Program-made: the position numbers and the translations under genes | Notes under the pieces: model-generated | The model's database searches: none | Told to the model about the DNA's origin: nothing | Seen by the model: the letters and a program-made list of their open reading frames with translations, nothing else | Source of the DNA: the human T2T-CHM13v2.0 reference genome, Homo sapiens | Reading direction: 5' to 3' (one strand) | Length of the DNA stretch: 64,000 bases | NCBI RefSeq assembly: GCF_009914755.1 | Contig: NC_060939.1 | Shown here: positions 17,926-32,709 of the stretch, one piece after another | Layout of the letters: each line of letters opens with the position of its first letter | Position numbering within the stretch: position 1 is the stretch's first letter

Positions 17926-20900
17926 AAATTTGTTCTTTACTGCTGGAATTATTCACAGGAAATAGAGCCTAGTTATTATCTTTTGATACCAAATAAATGT
18001 CTATGAAGGGAAGATAAAACATTATTTCTAAGGATATAGCTGCCTTTACCCATTCTCCTATGTATTTATGTTCTAGGTAAATGTATTTTTATTTGACTAA
18101 GAAACATTATTACAATATTGGATTCATAAAAGTAGTTGGAATTGTATTTGCTCATTTCCTACTTAATAATATTTTGAGAAATCTTGGTCATTTAAAACTC
18201 TTTAAGCATAGTGTTGGAGAAATAAAACTACCTGAGAGGAGCTCAATTTATTCAAGCCACTCTAATTATCTCTACACTAGGCTGCTACCAAATGGCGTCT
18301 ATTTTTACAAAACAAAGATTTTGAAGAGGAAACGTTCCCCTTGCAAGTCTGTTCAAACTATCCTGTCCCTCTTGGAAAGGAGCAGTATAAGCCTCCTCCC
18401 ACTCTTAGCATCTAGCTGCCTTTCTGAACACCAAGATATGCTGGAATTCCCACAGAGGAAGCTCCAGCATGTTTCTCTGAAAGGCTGGGTTATCTACAAA
18501 CTGGTCCAGGTCAAAGCAGGAGATGTTATTATGCTGAAACAGAGGTAGCATTGTGTGATGACATGAAAACAGCTAAGAGAATGGAGGCCTGGGTTCCAGC
18601 CCTAGGGCTACCTTTAACTGGGTATGTGACCTTGAGCAAGTCTGTGGGGCCTTTATGAGTTTCAGTTTGATCATCTATCCTAGGGGAATAATAATATGGG
18701 CCCTTCAAACTGTGCAGGGTTGTAACACACCTTAAATGAAAGAATTATGCAAACGTACCCTGAAAAAGTTTAGATCTCTGTAAAAATGCCAGGTTGCAAT
18801 CACCACTGAATGAAATCTCATGGTATTTGGGGAGACAGCTAGTTCTAAAAGTTACAGAACCTGAGTCATATTTGCTCCATTCCCTGGTATATAATCTGAA
18901 ATCGCTTCTTGATGCTTTATTGATGAAAAATATCCCAAGTCTTCCTCGTAAACACATTTTTCATGATTATTTTCTTTCACAGTGTTTTTCTATTCAAAAT
19001 CAACAGCTGAATAATTCAACCCATGTCTGTAAGCCCACTGCCTTCTGTTGGCAGGACTAACAATGGAGATGGGAAAAAATGAGGGCAGAAGAGAGCAAAG
19101 CCATCCCTTTTTGTATTTCCATCAGAGAGCTTGCCTGGAGTCTGTCCTAGGTCCTTAGCTTCTCTTATTGGTGAAAATATTCCCTGTTACAGCTCTTGTC
19201 ACTGCCTTGGAGACATTTCACCCTGACTGGTAGGCTGTCACATGGCTGTCAGTGGCCTCAGCGGGTTCGCCTACCTGCTTGTATTTCATTTCACATCCGT
19301 GCAAATTGCAGCAGTAAGGTCAGCCGGAGAGATGCGCAGCCTTTCCACCGCACCTTCAGCAGAAGCCCACTTCATGCCCTCCTCTGCTCACCATTCGTCA
19401 GCCTGGGTCCTCAGGCCCTTATTTTCTGCCCAGTTCACACAAACCCTATTACTTATTTTTCTCCTCTCCAGCAGGGGAGCAAAGCTACATTGCCGTCTGG
19501 AAACACAATTCCTCCTGTAGATCAGACCGAAAGAATGTCTCATCTTCCCAGTAGTTTTTCTTATCTTTAGAAGAAAAATCCAAAGTGACTTTGGCTGTGG
19601 TCAATCATTAGACCTGAAGTCACCAACTTCATTTGTCTGTTTTACTCTTAAAATCAGGGTGACAGGAATGTTCTCTTGGCAGCTGGCCAGCCCTTCCAGT
19701 ATTATTGCTGTGTCTTCAGCAAGCATGAAGTTTGGGGTTAGAGTTGAGAGTCCTGGAGACCTCAACATTTTCCCAAGGCTGAAGTTCTGCCAGCATCTTG
19801 GGCAGGTTACTAGTTTGCTTCCCTTTAGCCAAAAACTCGAGTATACCAGATTCTTGGGCAAATACGGGTTATCAAAAATGAGTCAGTCCTTCAGTAGCAT
19901 GTAAGAAAATATATACGACTTTCCTCTTGATCACCATCTCCCAAAAGAACAGTGTGTCTTTTAAATGATTGTTTTCCATGGCAACTTCCTCTACATTGAG
20001 AGTCACAAGAGTGGTCCAAAGTTGGCCCAAGAAAACCTGTACCTTTTACTCCCAAGTTGATTTTTCAAGCATCTCAGACCATTACAGACCAGGTCAGCTT
20101 TCTCAGCTCTTCTCTAGTGAGAAAGGGTCTCCGGAAAAGTCGGTGAGGACAGCTACTCAGGTCTTCCATGGTCAGTTTAGGAAAACAGATCAAAATATTT
20201 TATGAGGTGTAAAAATAAGCCATGAAAAATTGTATACTTCAGCAGAAAGCCCGTGCTAAAATCCCAATACACTGAAAAGTTTCCCTGCAGTAATATTGGT
20301 CCACATTTCAGAAGGCTAGAGGGAAAACACTAAGAAATAATTTTCTTGTTCAAAGAATAATTTGTTCTCTGGTAGAGCTGCAAGTTTAAGCAGTATTTCA
20401 TAATGGAACCCTTTGGGAAAGATTTGAAACAAAATAAGCTACAATCATTCCCTCATTCATTATTCAACGGTTATTTATTGAACACCTACTACATGCCAGG
20501 TTTGTTGGAGACTCAGTGAGGTTTCCAAAGATGAATCAACCCTGCCTGGATCCCAAACTAGGAATTTGACCAAACTCATTGAAGAGGAAAACGTCAGCAT
20601 TAGCAGTAACAACATAAAACTTCCTGTTTATCAAGTGCTAGGAACTATGCTGGATATTCTCTTCCCAACAGCCCTACCAGAGAGGTACAAGTGAAGTCAG
20701 TGAGATTAAGAGACTTCTGGTAAACTGGCCAGCATATACACAGCTAGTGTGTGGCAGAATCAAGATGCAAACCAGGGCCACTCTGACCCCAAAGCTTTTG
20801 ATATGATAAGCACCGTAAGGTTCACTCTGAGAAAGCTGACTGGCAGTGCTAGAAGGGGAGAAATTACATCTCAGCCTTTCTTTAACATGGGGTTTCAAAA

Positions 20901-21207
20901 GCAATGTTAACCTAGACTTGGTGGTGTCACCTTAATACACATGTAACATACTTTTCTCATCCTAGGAATGAACCTGGCAGCTCACTTCAGTTTCTCATGC
21001 TCACTTATTTTTGTAAATGTTACTGATTGGGTTATGGATCTTAACATCTTTGGACTGGCTACTTTGTCCTGACCTCTCCCGTGGCAATCAGTTCTAATTT
21101 CATTGAAAATGCTACATGTTCAGTCTGTCCACTTTCCTAGATCCCCTTTTTCTTTCCTGGCAGAAACCTTTACCATGTGGTTCCCACGGGGTTATTCCAT
21201 ATCCTCC

Positions 21208-21560
21208 CATATTAGTCCATTCTCACGTTGCTATGAAGAAATACCAAAGACTGGGTAACTTACAAAGGAAAGAGGTTTAATTGACTCACAGTTCTGCATG
21301 GCTGGGGAGGCCTCAGAAAAATTACAATCATGGCGGAAAGCACCTCCTCAGGACGGCAGGAGAGAGAATGTGCCAGCACAAGAAATGCCAGATGCTTATA
21401 AAACCATCAGATCTCGTGAGACTCGCTCATTAACACGAGAACAGCATGGGGGAAATCGCTGCCATGATTCAATGACCTCCACCTGGTCCCACCCTTGACA
21501 CGTGAGGATTATTACAATTCAAGGTGAGATTTGGGTGGGGACACAGAGCCAAACCATATT
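21208..21560 (-). mobile_element. MaLR LTR (MSTA/THE1-like), apparently nested in an older MLT1 ending ~21938
   Basis: tattagtccattctcac...gagatttgggtggggacacagagccaaaccatat. Confidence 0.88.
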
Positions 21561-23887
21561 GCTTCCTTTCCCTAAGAACAGGATCAATCCAGATAACCTG
21601 AATATTCCATTCCCACTGACCACAGTGATTGGTTCAGATACGAGAATGGGACCCACTCATACCAATCAGTCTGGAATGCCAAGGAAGAGAGTCTCTTGCC
21701 ACTGGGTGGTAAGTTGGAAGAGTGTGAGTTCAGAGCTCAATTTGCCATCTTTCCCCACATACACAGCTGACGGACAGAGTGTGTGCACCCTGACAACACC
21801 ACAAAGTGTCTGGCCCCTCGTACCTGAGGCTAACTGCACATCTGGTCTTTTCAGTATGGAATGCCAATAAGTGCCTTCTTTCTAGAAGCTCTTTTGAGTT
21901 GGGTTTCTGTCACTAGAAATCACAAAAATTCTAACACATTAGGGCAGTTAGTTGTCTACAGAATTCTTTGATTATGTGTGCCCCATCACTAAAAAATTTT
22001 GCTCACCCTTAGTATATGTACATTTATTATATACTTGTATTGTGGCACAAACATTACAAAGCATACACAAAACATATATGTTATAAAAGGATGATTAAAA
22101 GCTAAATATAAATAATAGCTTAATGTTTTCTTTCTGAATCCCTTTGAATTACCTTGCAAGCCCCTGAATAGCCACATCCCACTTTAGAGACCACTTCATT
22201 AAAGAATAGTACCAACCTAATGGTTTACAACCTGAAGCCATATTGGAAGGCTTTTCTTCAGAATGCCAGTGTTGTCAATAATATGACTGCAGTCTAACAT
22301 AAACCTGCAGAACCAAATTCTCCTATTATAAGCAGATGCCCGATCATTAGCTTTTAATTATATATTTAAATTGCAAATATTTCAAAAAAGAACAGCATTC
22401 CAAATTGACACATCTGGAACTCCGTGGAAAGGGAAAATGATCTAAGCAATAATTCTGGACAGAGCCATGTCTACTGTCTTCTACCTAGAGAGCAAACAGG
22501 AAGAAACACTATTCAGTTTCCTGAGGTCTGTGTGGAGGCAATCAATGCAGTAAGAAGAATCATAGCAAGAGTGTGAAGGCCCATGCCTATGAAGAAACAC
22601 CATCTTTGTACTTATAAACTGCTCAATAAAAGTTTCCTAAACAGAGTTAGGAGGATAAGAGATATTGGGCAGTACTGAGAGAAAAATCAGAGCTCAGGAC
22701 TTAAAAAATAAAGCAGTTTCTATTGGTGATGCATTCTAGCCTGTCGCTTTGCTGGTGATTGGTAGAGATGAAAGTCATTGAAACTTGGAAGACTGGGAAT
22801 TTTAGAAAATGGGATGATGAGGAGCTCAATAACGTCCTCTCCTTTTCAAGGCCATCGCTGAAACCCTCGCTGCCCTCCCCATGGAATTAACTTTCTCATA
22901 ACTTGACTTTGGTGCCTGTCACACTGTGTCATAGCTAGGTGACCTTCATCTAGCTCTTTCACCTAGCTGTAGGTATTTTGACTACATTTCATTCATCTCT
23001 GCATCCCTAAGGCTTGCTTAACACAGGACGGGGCAACTTCTGTGATGAACAAATGCATGCATTACCCAGCTGAGAGCCAAAAAAAAAGAAATTTATTTAA
23101 GGCTTTTGTTTGGCAAGAGATAAAACAGTAAGAACTCCAATGTACAAGGAATACCATTCCAAATAGAGAACTTTCTCATCTCTACCTGAAGATGTAAAGT
23201 GGATAAGAAATGGTGAGCCTTATGTGAGTCACTTTAAACCCATATGTGGTAAGACCTGCAGCCTGAGTCTACTGCTTCAAAAGGCAAGAGGTACCTTCTT
23301 ATACCTTCTTATGCCTTCTCAATGACACATTAAAATAAGGAAAATAAAAATGGAAAATATTCAATATATGTGATAACCTCTTTACATGCATCAACAAAAA
23401 ATATAAATATGTACTATCATCTCCAATTTACAGATGTGAAAACTGAGATTTGCAGAGGTCAAATAACTTACCCAAGTTAACAAAGTCAAAATTCAAACAC
23501 AGAATTGTGTGACTTCAAAACTGTGCTTTATTAGAGGTTTCATTTGTTAAGCAGCCCCTCTCCTCTAGGTGGCCCTAGCTGTAATCCCTCTCAACCAGGA
23601 TGCAGGATTTGATCCTTGGGTCCTTGTTGACTACGTTCCCATTTAACCCCTTTGCTGACTGACATCCTGTCTTTCTGAGCCTCTAGGATTGGTAGGACAG
23701 CACCTTTAGGAGTCCTGATTCTAGCAACTCTCTGCTGCCCCCACCTGGCACCCAGAAGCACATACTTGATCATTTCAACCTAATAAATCCCTCACTAGCA
23801 CTATCCAATAGCCACAATATGTAGCTAAGTTTTCAAGAAGCTACATTAACAAAGTAGAAAGAAATGGATGAAATCAATTTTCATTAC

Positions 23888-24177
23888 TTTGTTTGGGACA
23901 GGGTCTCGCTCTGTGGCCCAGGCTGGAGTGCAGCGGCCTGACGTGATCTCGGCTCACTCCAACCTCCAAGTCCCAGGCTCAGGTGATCCTCCCACCTCAG
24001 CCTCCCGAGTAGCTGGGACTACAGGCGCATGACACCACGCCCTGCTAATTTTTCTATTTTTAGTAGAGACGGTTTCGCCATGTTGCCCAGGCTAGTGTCA
24101 AACTCCTGGGCTCGAGCAATCCTCCACCTTGGCCTCCCAAAGTGCTGGGATTACAGGTGAGAGCCACCACGCCTGGC
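23888..24177 (-). mobile_element. AluJ-like element within a MER3/MER33-type transposon (~23798-24400)
   Basis: Reverse Alu; flanks gcactatccaatag and ctagtggctgcta. Confidence 0.85.
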
Positions 24178-25074
24178 TACATTTTTATTTAAACGTATAT
24201 ATCCAAAATATTATTTCAATACCAAAAATTAATGATATTTTACACACTTTTTCCATCAAAATCTGGTATATATTTTTACAATTAAAACACATCTCAGCAC
24301 CATGGGGAAAGGTATATTTAAACACACACACACGTAATTAGCCGCTTTTTAAGCACTCAGTTACCACGTGTGGGCTAGTGGCTGCTATAGTCGACAACTT
24401 ACCCTGAGACACTAAATCCACTTTTCATGTCTGGTGAAATAAGTAAAGTGTTTCTGTCTGGAGAGAAAATGGCATTACCAAATTTAAATACTTAGCTAAT
24501 GTGTTCCACCAAATCAACCTGGATTATGATAGAAGTCTATTACTTGAGAGGCAATCTTAATATAATGAGGAAAGCACGGGCTTACTGGTCAGATGATCTC
24601 AAGTTCAAATCCCAGCAAAACCACAGATGAAAGGATCTTCACTAATTGTAATTGTGAGAAAGCAGGCATTTATTTAATGGAAAATTAACACTCAGCAAAT
24701 GGATAACAACTTGTGGTACATTTATATGATGGAATATTATACCTCATTTAAATTAATAAGCTAAGTCTACCTGTATGCACAACATGGATATAACAATAAT
24801 AATGTTTCGTGAAAAAATATGATACAATAGGACATCCTCACATGAGATCATTTTTTAAAAGTATAAGTACTTGCAAAATAATATAATATATTGTTTGTGG
24901 ATATAGACTGACGAAGCTAAATTATGAAAACACGCCTGAAAAGGTAAATATCCACTTCAGAAGAGTGGTTCTCCCCCCACCCACCACCCCCACCGCAGAG
25001 AGCAGAGAAATCTGCTGGCCCCTCACAGGGGACCAAAGGAAGGATGCTCTACAATCGGGGAAAAGGGGCTATAG

Positions 25075-25452
<378 letters not shown>

Positions 25453-26195
25453 TAATTTCTAAGTGTTTGAATGTTGTTATAATTATTAATCATTGACACG
25501 TTAATCATCTCCATTTAGCTTCTTATCAATCACTACAATTCTTAAGAATAAAATGTCTGCCCAGAGATAAGAATGTGGAGTCGGAAGATGCTTTATTACT
25601 AGAAATATTAAATCAAGATGAAATTGCAGAGTTGTTCCAAGACAAAAATGTAAAGGCACTTTCTGGCCCTTTCTATTGAAAACTAAAAGGAATTTGAAAG
25701 GGTAGTTACTGCTGTTAATGTTTCACTGCGCGACAATTTAAGGAATTTACTTTGTTATAATACATCTGACATTGCCTCAACTCCCGTTCCAATCACAGAA
25801 ATGCCTCCAATAAAATACATGCCAGGAATTAAAAACACTTTATTATTATCATTATTCCTTTAAAGGGGATATGGGGAGTTCTTTGTGCAGTCCTTGTGAT
25901 TTTTCTCTAAGTTTGAAATTATTTCAAAATAAATTTTAATTTAAAAAAAGGGGGTGGTTCTCTAGGGGTTCTCTGAATGGAGAGAAATGGAACACAGTGT
26001 GGAAGGGGAGACTTCAACTGTATTTGTGATGATTTATTAAGAAGGAAGAGGAGGAGAGGGAAAAGAAATTCTAAGACCAAAACTCGGGCAGTTAACAAAT
26101 GACTACACGTCAGGAAGCCCCTTGCCTGAAGAACACCATTTGTTCAGCCTCTCTCTCCTGTTAGTTTTGAAGGAGCAAACCCATCCAGTGCAATT

Positions 26196-26522
<327 letters not shown>

Positions 26523-28252
26523 ACAATTCTTAATCTAGAGAGTTTCAGACAAGCTCCGAACCAAAAATCTGTTTTCCAAGGTAGCCCACCTTCCCACATG
26601 GCAAATCTGTCCTTCAACGACACTGGCTTGGAGAAGGTTCGAGAAGCACAAAGGGGTAATTGCTAAATATTGAACTTCCTAGACAAGTCTGGGAAGAAAC
26701 AACTTTCTGAACCAGCTAATAATTTAAGTTAAATGGAGCATGAAAAGGAGTGCCTCCACAGTTTACTCAATCTGTAGGATTTCTACAGAAAGCTATACCC
26801 AGAATAAGAAATTTTTTAGTAATTAATGCAAAGTCGCTTGTCCTGCAGGCACTTGGATTTTAATACAGTGCTTACAGAGGATTTATTCCTAGACATCTTT
26901 TTTAATCAACATCTCCTAACCCATCTGTGCTTCTGCAGTGAGGTTTCTAATGCTGAAGTGCTATGACTATTTCCATTTGCTCCATTATAATTATGCAAAA
27001 CCATGTGTTTTGTTCTGCCTGATCCCAGTTCAATTTAAACACTGATTAAATTGGAAATAAATTAATGTGGTGCAAGTGTTGATGGAATCATCATAAACTG
27101 GCACTTACCCCTGGAAACAAACCATCCTCTAATGAATTAATTGTACTCTTTATTTAGGGAGAACATTAGATGTAATCAAATGGAGTGCACACATATTCAC
27201 AGGCCCAAATAAATGGGTATGTTACAAGTGTGATAGTAAATTAAGTTAATTTCAAGAGGCTCTCTAGCACAGGATACACAGGCTGTAATTAGAAAAATAA
27301 GGAGTCCAGTAAAAGAAAACATATGATCTGCCTTGCCCATTTGACAACACCTTGTCCTTCCAAGGTAATGTGACTTTCAATCAAAGAGAATGGGGATGAT
27401 TAATTCCTTGATTAATAACATGTACACATTCAAAGTAATGGAAATTCTAGATATTCACCAGAGAAAGTTTCTGCAGACACCACAGGAGTCTTCTACAAAC
27501 CAGTATAATGCCACAGGCCCTGGGTTCCTTGCAGATAAAATTTGGAAGCTCATTAAAGGTATTTTATGGCTAATCTTTATTTCCATGAGCGTCTTATAAA
27601 GAGGAGATAGCTAAATTAGCAAGTGCATTTCCACTCCTAGAAATCACAATATTCCAACCCAAACAGTGAGACAACTCTAACCCAGCTTTTCTGGAGATGA
27701 GCCTGCATTGGACCTGAAAGGGTGGAGTTCTCAGCAGTTGAGGCATTCTCTGGGCACCCTGCCTATCTTTGGGGACCCTTGCTGAAGGATGGAAGGGGTC
27801 CCTCTAGTTTCCTTCAATTAGAACCCATGAACTTCTAAGAACACGCTATTCAAAATAAGGAACAGATTACTTTCCTGGATGGATAGAGCTCACAATTAAG
27901 TGGGCAAGTACAGCAACCCATGTTATGGGAGTAAACCAGGCCCAGGCATAACCCAGGTTCCCTCCAAATAGAGGCATCACAGATACAGGCAATGAGGTGT
28001 GCACAGGTAAGGAGAGCAGTAGGAAAATAAAAAGATGCCTGAACCTTTTTAGAAAAAAACCTTCTCAGGCTGAGATAGGTCCAAAATTTAGCACATTTTA
28101 AAATAGTTTTTGTTTTTAATTACAAAGTCAGTACTTCTCATTTAAAGCAACATCTGAATTAACACACAAAGAAAAATAACATTTAAAACATCCATAATGC
28201 TATTTATTCAGAAAATATTTGTCCTTGCAATGGTATTTGTAATTGTTTAAAA

Positions 28253-28474
28253 GCAGGATTTCTAAATCTCAGTACTACTGACGTTTTGAGCCAAATAATT
28301 ACTTGTGGTAGGGGGCTGTCCTGTGCATTGCAGGATGTTCAGCGGCATGCCTGACTGCTAATCACTAAAGGCCAGTAGCACCAACCTCCACCCTGCTTGT
28401 AACAACCTAAAGGGTCTCCAGACATTCACAAATGGCCCCTCAGAGACAAAAATCACTCCTGCTTGAAAACTACT
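28253..28474 (-). mobile_element. MER20
   Basis: ggggctgtcctgtgcattgcaggatgttcagc...ctccagacatt. Confidence 0.85.
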
Positions 28475-29136
28475 CTTTTAGAGGAATCATATCATACAAT
28501 TTTGAAACCAGCAATTTTCATTTAATGTATTGTAAGCATCTTTCTATGTCATTCGACACATGACTGCAGCATCTAATTTAACTAGTCCTTAATCAGTCCT
28601 TAACTTTATTTAACTAGTTCTTCTTTTCAATGTTGTGCTAAAAAATATAGTGAATATTTTAGTACGTGCATATTTGGGCACATAATTATTTCCTTACGAT
28701 ATATTTCTTAAGTACAATTTCCGAGTCAAGTTTTTGTATATTTTTTATGTCATTTTTCTTTTAAAACCCTTAACACACCTTGTATCATTTTCCATTTGTG
28801 ATTGGTGTCAGCCTCTGTGACTTTCTTTCCCTCACTATTCCATGTGTGCAAGGATTGCCATCTGTTCCATTTACTATAATATCCCCACCATGTCTAGAAG
28901 TGCCTGGCACATAGTAGCACCTCAATAATATTCATTGAATGGGTGAATGGATAACCGAAAAAATAGCAGTTAAACTTTCAAACACTTTGCAGGTTGCTAG
29001 TTTTGTAACTCACTCATCTTATCCAAAAATAAACATTTGAAGTTGATCCCAAAGTAATAAATAGGCTATAAATATATCTTGCTTTTAGAGAAGAGGGAAG
29101 GGTATTAAGAAGAGGTAAATTAAAAGTCCAAAACCT

Positions 29137-29437
29137 AGATAGGAGCGGTGGATCACGCCTGTAATCCCAGCACTTTGGGAGATTGAGGTGGGTGAATCAC
29201 TTGAGGCTAGGAGTTCAAGACTAGCCTGAGCAACATGGTGAAACCCCATCTCTACTGAAAATACAAAAATTAGCTGGGCAAGTGGTGGCAGGTGCTTGTA
29301 GTCCCAGCTATACTCCGGAGACTGGAGCAGGAGAATCGCTTGAACCCAGGAGGCAGAGGTTGCAATGAGTCGAGATCGTACCACTGTATTCCAACCTGGG
29401 CAAGAGTGACGCTGTGTCTCAAAAGAAAAAAAAAAAA
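29137..29437 (+). mobile_element. AluS
   Basis: Dimeric Alu; aaaagtccaaa on both sides. Confidence 0.92.
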
Positions 29438-29820
29438 GTCCAAACCCGAACACTTGGGTTTCAAGGCTGCAGTTAGAGTGAAGAGATTTTGGTGGAGATA
29501 GGGAAGCAATGAACTATTTATTAAATCCCCATAGCTCCAGAGCTTCTTTAAAAAGTAATACTTATTTACTACCCTCATGACTGTAAAGCTCCCTTCCTGG
29601 GAAGAAAATAATAAAGACAGAAAGTGGCTTATTTGTTTTTATAAGTCAGCTAAGAAATTCAGAAGATGCTGCTTTGACTAAATCATTTGTGTTTTATGAT
29701 GGAAACCCTCCAAAATGAGATTGAATAGTTCATCTGCACTAACACACTGTACCTGTCCATATCTCACTAATGGACCTTGAACTCCAATGTCATTGGGGAA
29801 ACACAAATCTGATGGTAGAA

Positions 29821-30173
29821 TGTCTTAGTCTGTTTGCTGCTGCTAAACAGACTACCTGAGACTGGGTAATTTACAAGGAAAATAAATTTGTTTCTTACAG
29901 TTCTGGAAGCTGGAAGTCCAAGGCTGAGGGACTCGCATCTGGTGAGGGCCTTCTATCTGCGGCATTCAATGGCAGAAAAGCAAAGGGCAAGAAAACACAT
30001 GGGAGAGACAGAGCCCACTCCCAGAGCCATTTTTTAAAGGCGTTAAACCCACCCACAAGAGTGGAGCCTTCATGGCCTAATCACCTGTTAAAGATACTGT
30101 GTCTCAATACTATTACAATGGCAACCAAATTTCAACATGAGCTTTGGCGGGAACAAACATCCAAACTGTAGCA
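29821..30173 (-). mobile_element. MaLR LTR (MST family)
   Basis: tgtcttagtctgtttg...ctgagactgggtaattta...ccaaactgtagca. Confidence 0.85.
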
Positions 30174-30794
30174 AAGAGGTTCTGATAAAATGCTTCAAGT
30201 AATATTCCACTTACTGCTATGCCTGTCCACAGATGGTACAACTCACTTATCTTGGAATAAAAACCCCAATGTCTTCCCTGCATATGTCCTCTTCACCTCC
30301 TTTTAAAGTTAGGTGAGTTTTTGTGTGTGTGATAAACCATGCACCAATGGAAGGACAAGATTATGATGAGTGCCTCATTTAGGATCCAAGCAGAAGTCTT
30401 AGCCAGGCCTTCATAATTGGGAGAATTAAAGATAAAATATGTAGATCCTGGCAAATGGACCATGCAATCCTCACTGTTTAATTCCAAGGTCGCATCGACC
30501 CAGAGAGAATATTAATCAAAGTCCAATAAAAAATGAAAACGATTGTCTTTGTACCCTGTTTTACAGCTCAAGGAACATCCAGCTAACTATCATAGTGCAG
30601 TCCTATTAGGTATTTGGAAAATTATGTAACTGCTACCGTAGTTATCCAAGCATCAATCTAAAAATGTTCTCATTATTTTGGTGAGCCACTTGATAACATA
30701 AATACAGTGTTTCACAACATGCCTCTTGAAAAGGCACTATTTGAAAACACCTTTACATTAATTGCCTAAACTAAGAAATTCTAGCTATTACATA

Positions 30795-30970
30795 GATCAC
30801 TAGTTCTGAACCTTGGGAACACATTAGGATCACCTGGTGGCTTTTTAAAAATACCAGCACCTGGGCCCCAATCCCAGAGATTTTCATTTAATTATTCTGG
30901 GAGAGGCCCAGGCACTGGCAATTATAAACCTGCCCCAGATAACTCTAATATGCAATCAGATTTGAGGCCT
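30795..30970. mobile_element. MER5-type hAT element (similar remnants near 38030-38170 and 42200-42330)
   Basis: cacattaggatcacctgg...cctgggcccc..cccagagatt. Confidence 0.7.
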
Positions 30971-31209
30971 CTCTCTCAATGCTACTGGAGCTCATCCTCT
31001 GCTGCTTTGACCCAAATCCTCCTGGATACCTAATCTCTAATGGAGACTTCTCAACTCAAAGAAAGAAAACTTGTTCAGTAAGGTAAACTTTATTTCTGGG
31101 AGTCCATATAACTAACAGTGGGGATGAAATATTGTCATGTGTGTGGTGCATTGAGAGAACATGATCTTAGATTCTTTGCCACATCAGTTGTTAGGAAGAC
31201 AATTCAAAT

Positions 31210-31335
31210 GGCACACTAGTAGTCGGGAGGATAAGGCAGGAAGATTGCTCGAGCCTGGCAGTTTTACAGTGAGCTGAGATTGCACCACTGCATTCCAGCC
31301 TGGGTAACAGAGCTAGACCCTGTCTCTAAAAAAAA
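31210..31335 (+). mobile_element. Alu right-arm fragment
   Basis: gtgagctgagattgcaccactgcattccagcctggg followed by an A tail. Confidence 0.8.
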
Positions 31336-32411
31336 TTAAATTTTTTTAAAGAAGAAATCAAGTAACACATCAGGCAACTTCAAAGCCTACTTCTTACCTT
31401 AGATGAACCCTGACACTTAGCATCCAAACGTTCATGCCCTGGAACAAAGACAGTATTCTTATTGGCAATAATCTCAACAACTTGGAGAACTTGAAAATTG
31501 GCACAAGTGCAATAAATATTAGATTTAAATGGTCCTAAAAGACATGATCTATATCTAGAATACACTTCCCTATAATTCAGATTTCTCAAATATAACACGA
31601 GCTAATTATTTTGTTGCTAAATGAGGCAAGCAATGCCTCACACATAGCAGACACACAATAAACATTTTTTAATCTAATTAATGCTGAAATTGCTCATAAA
31701 GTGGGTATTGATAAAATTTAGAATTCTTATTTGATAACAAGATTAGCAGGCATTTCAGCACTGACTGTAAGACAGTTCCTCCAACAATTATACTAGAATT
31801 AATATCGTTGCTGTACTAATTTTTTTAAGAACAGTAAATTTCAAAAATTGTCATTTCATTAAAGTTGCTGTCTTAATTACACTTAACCTCAAATGATATC
31901 CTGTCAGTCCTGAAAGAACTGGGAAGAAAAAGTATCCATTCTTGTCACAAGAAAAATTAAACTACTCCATAAAATCTATCATTTCCCCAAGACATTTTCT
32001 TTTACTGCTAGATTTTTTTCCTCCAATGAATAAAAAACATATATTGAGGACCAACCATGTGCCAGGCAGGCCCCATGCTAGATGCTGTTTAGGATATCGG
32101 CTAGTGATTAGGAGTCAGACAGACCGTGCTTGAATCTAAGCTCTGCTAGTTGTTAGTGATATAGATCAAGTTACTCAATTTCTCTAACTTTCCTGTTTCT
32201 CATCTGCACAATAAGAAGGGCTAACTTGAGGGGTTGTTGATATTGGGAGACAATATATGCAATGTACCTGGCCTTAATTATTGCTCTGTCATTGGAATCT
32301 CACAACTCTGGGACTAGAGGGTACTATATCCTCTTTGCAAATGTGTAATCAAAGGCACTAAGAGGTTGTGACCTAGATACTTTTATCTTTTGAGATGCTT
32401 TCTCCCTACAC

Positions 32412-32709
32412 TTTTTTCGGGGGGGTTGGGGGCAGACAATCTCTCTCTGTTGTCACCCAGGCTGGAGTGCAGTGGCACAGTCATAGTTCACTGAGGTCTT
32501 GATCTCCTGGGTTCAAGCAATTCTCCTGCCTCAGGCTCCCAAGTAGCTAGGACTACAGGCATGTGCCACAGTGCCTGGCTATTTTTTTTTTTTTTAAAGA
32601 GTCAGGGTCTCACTATGTTGCCCAAGCTGGCCTTGAACTCCGGGCCTCAAGTGGCCCTTCCGCCTTTGCCTCTCAAAGCACTGGGATTACAAGCATGAGC
32701 CACCGTGCT
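32412..32709 (-). mobile_element. AluJ
   Basis: Diverged reverse Alu. Confidence 0.9.

Noticed and set aside
18081-18548. 155-aa ORF in unique DNA
   Set aside because: No recognisable domain, AT-rich composition, no promoter or splice support
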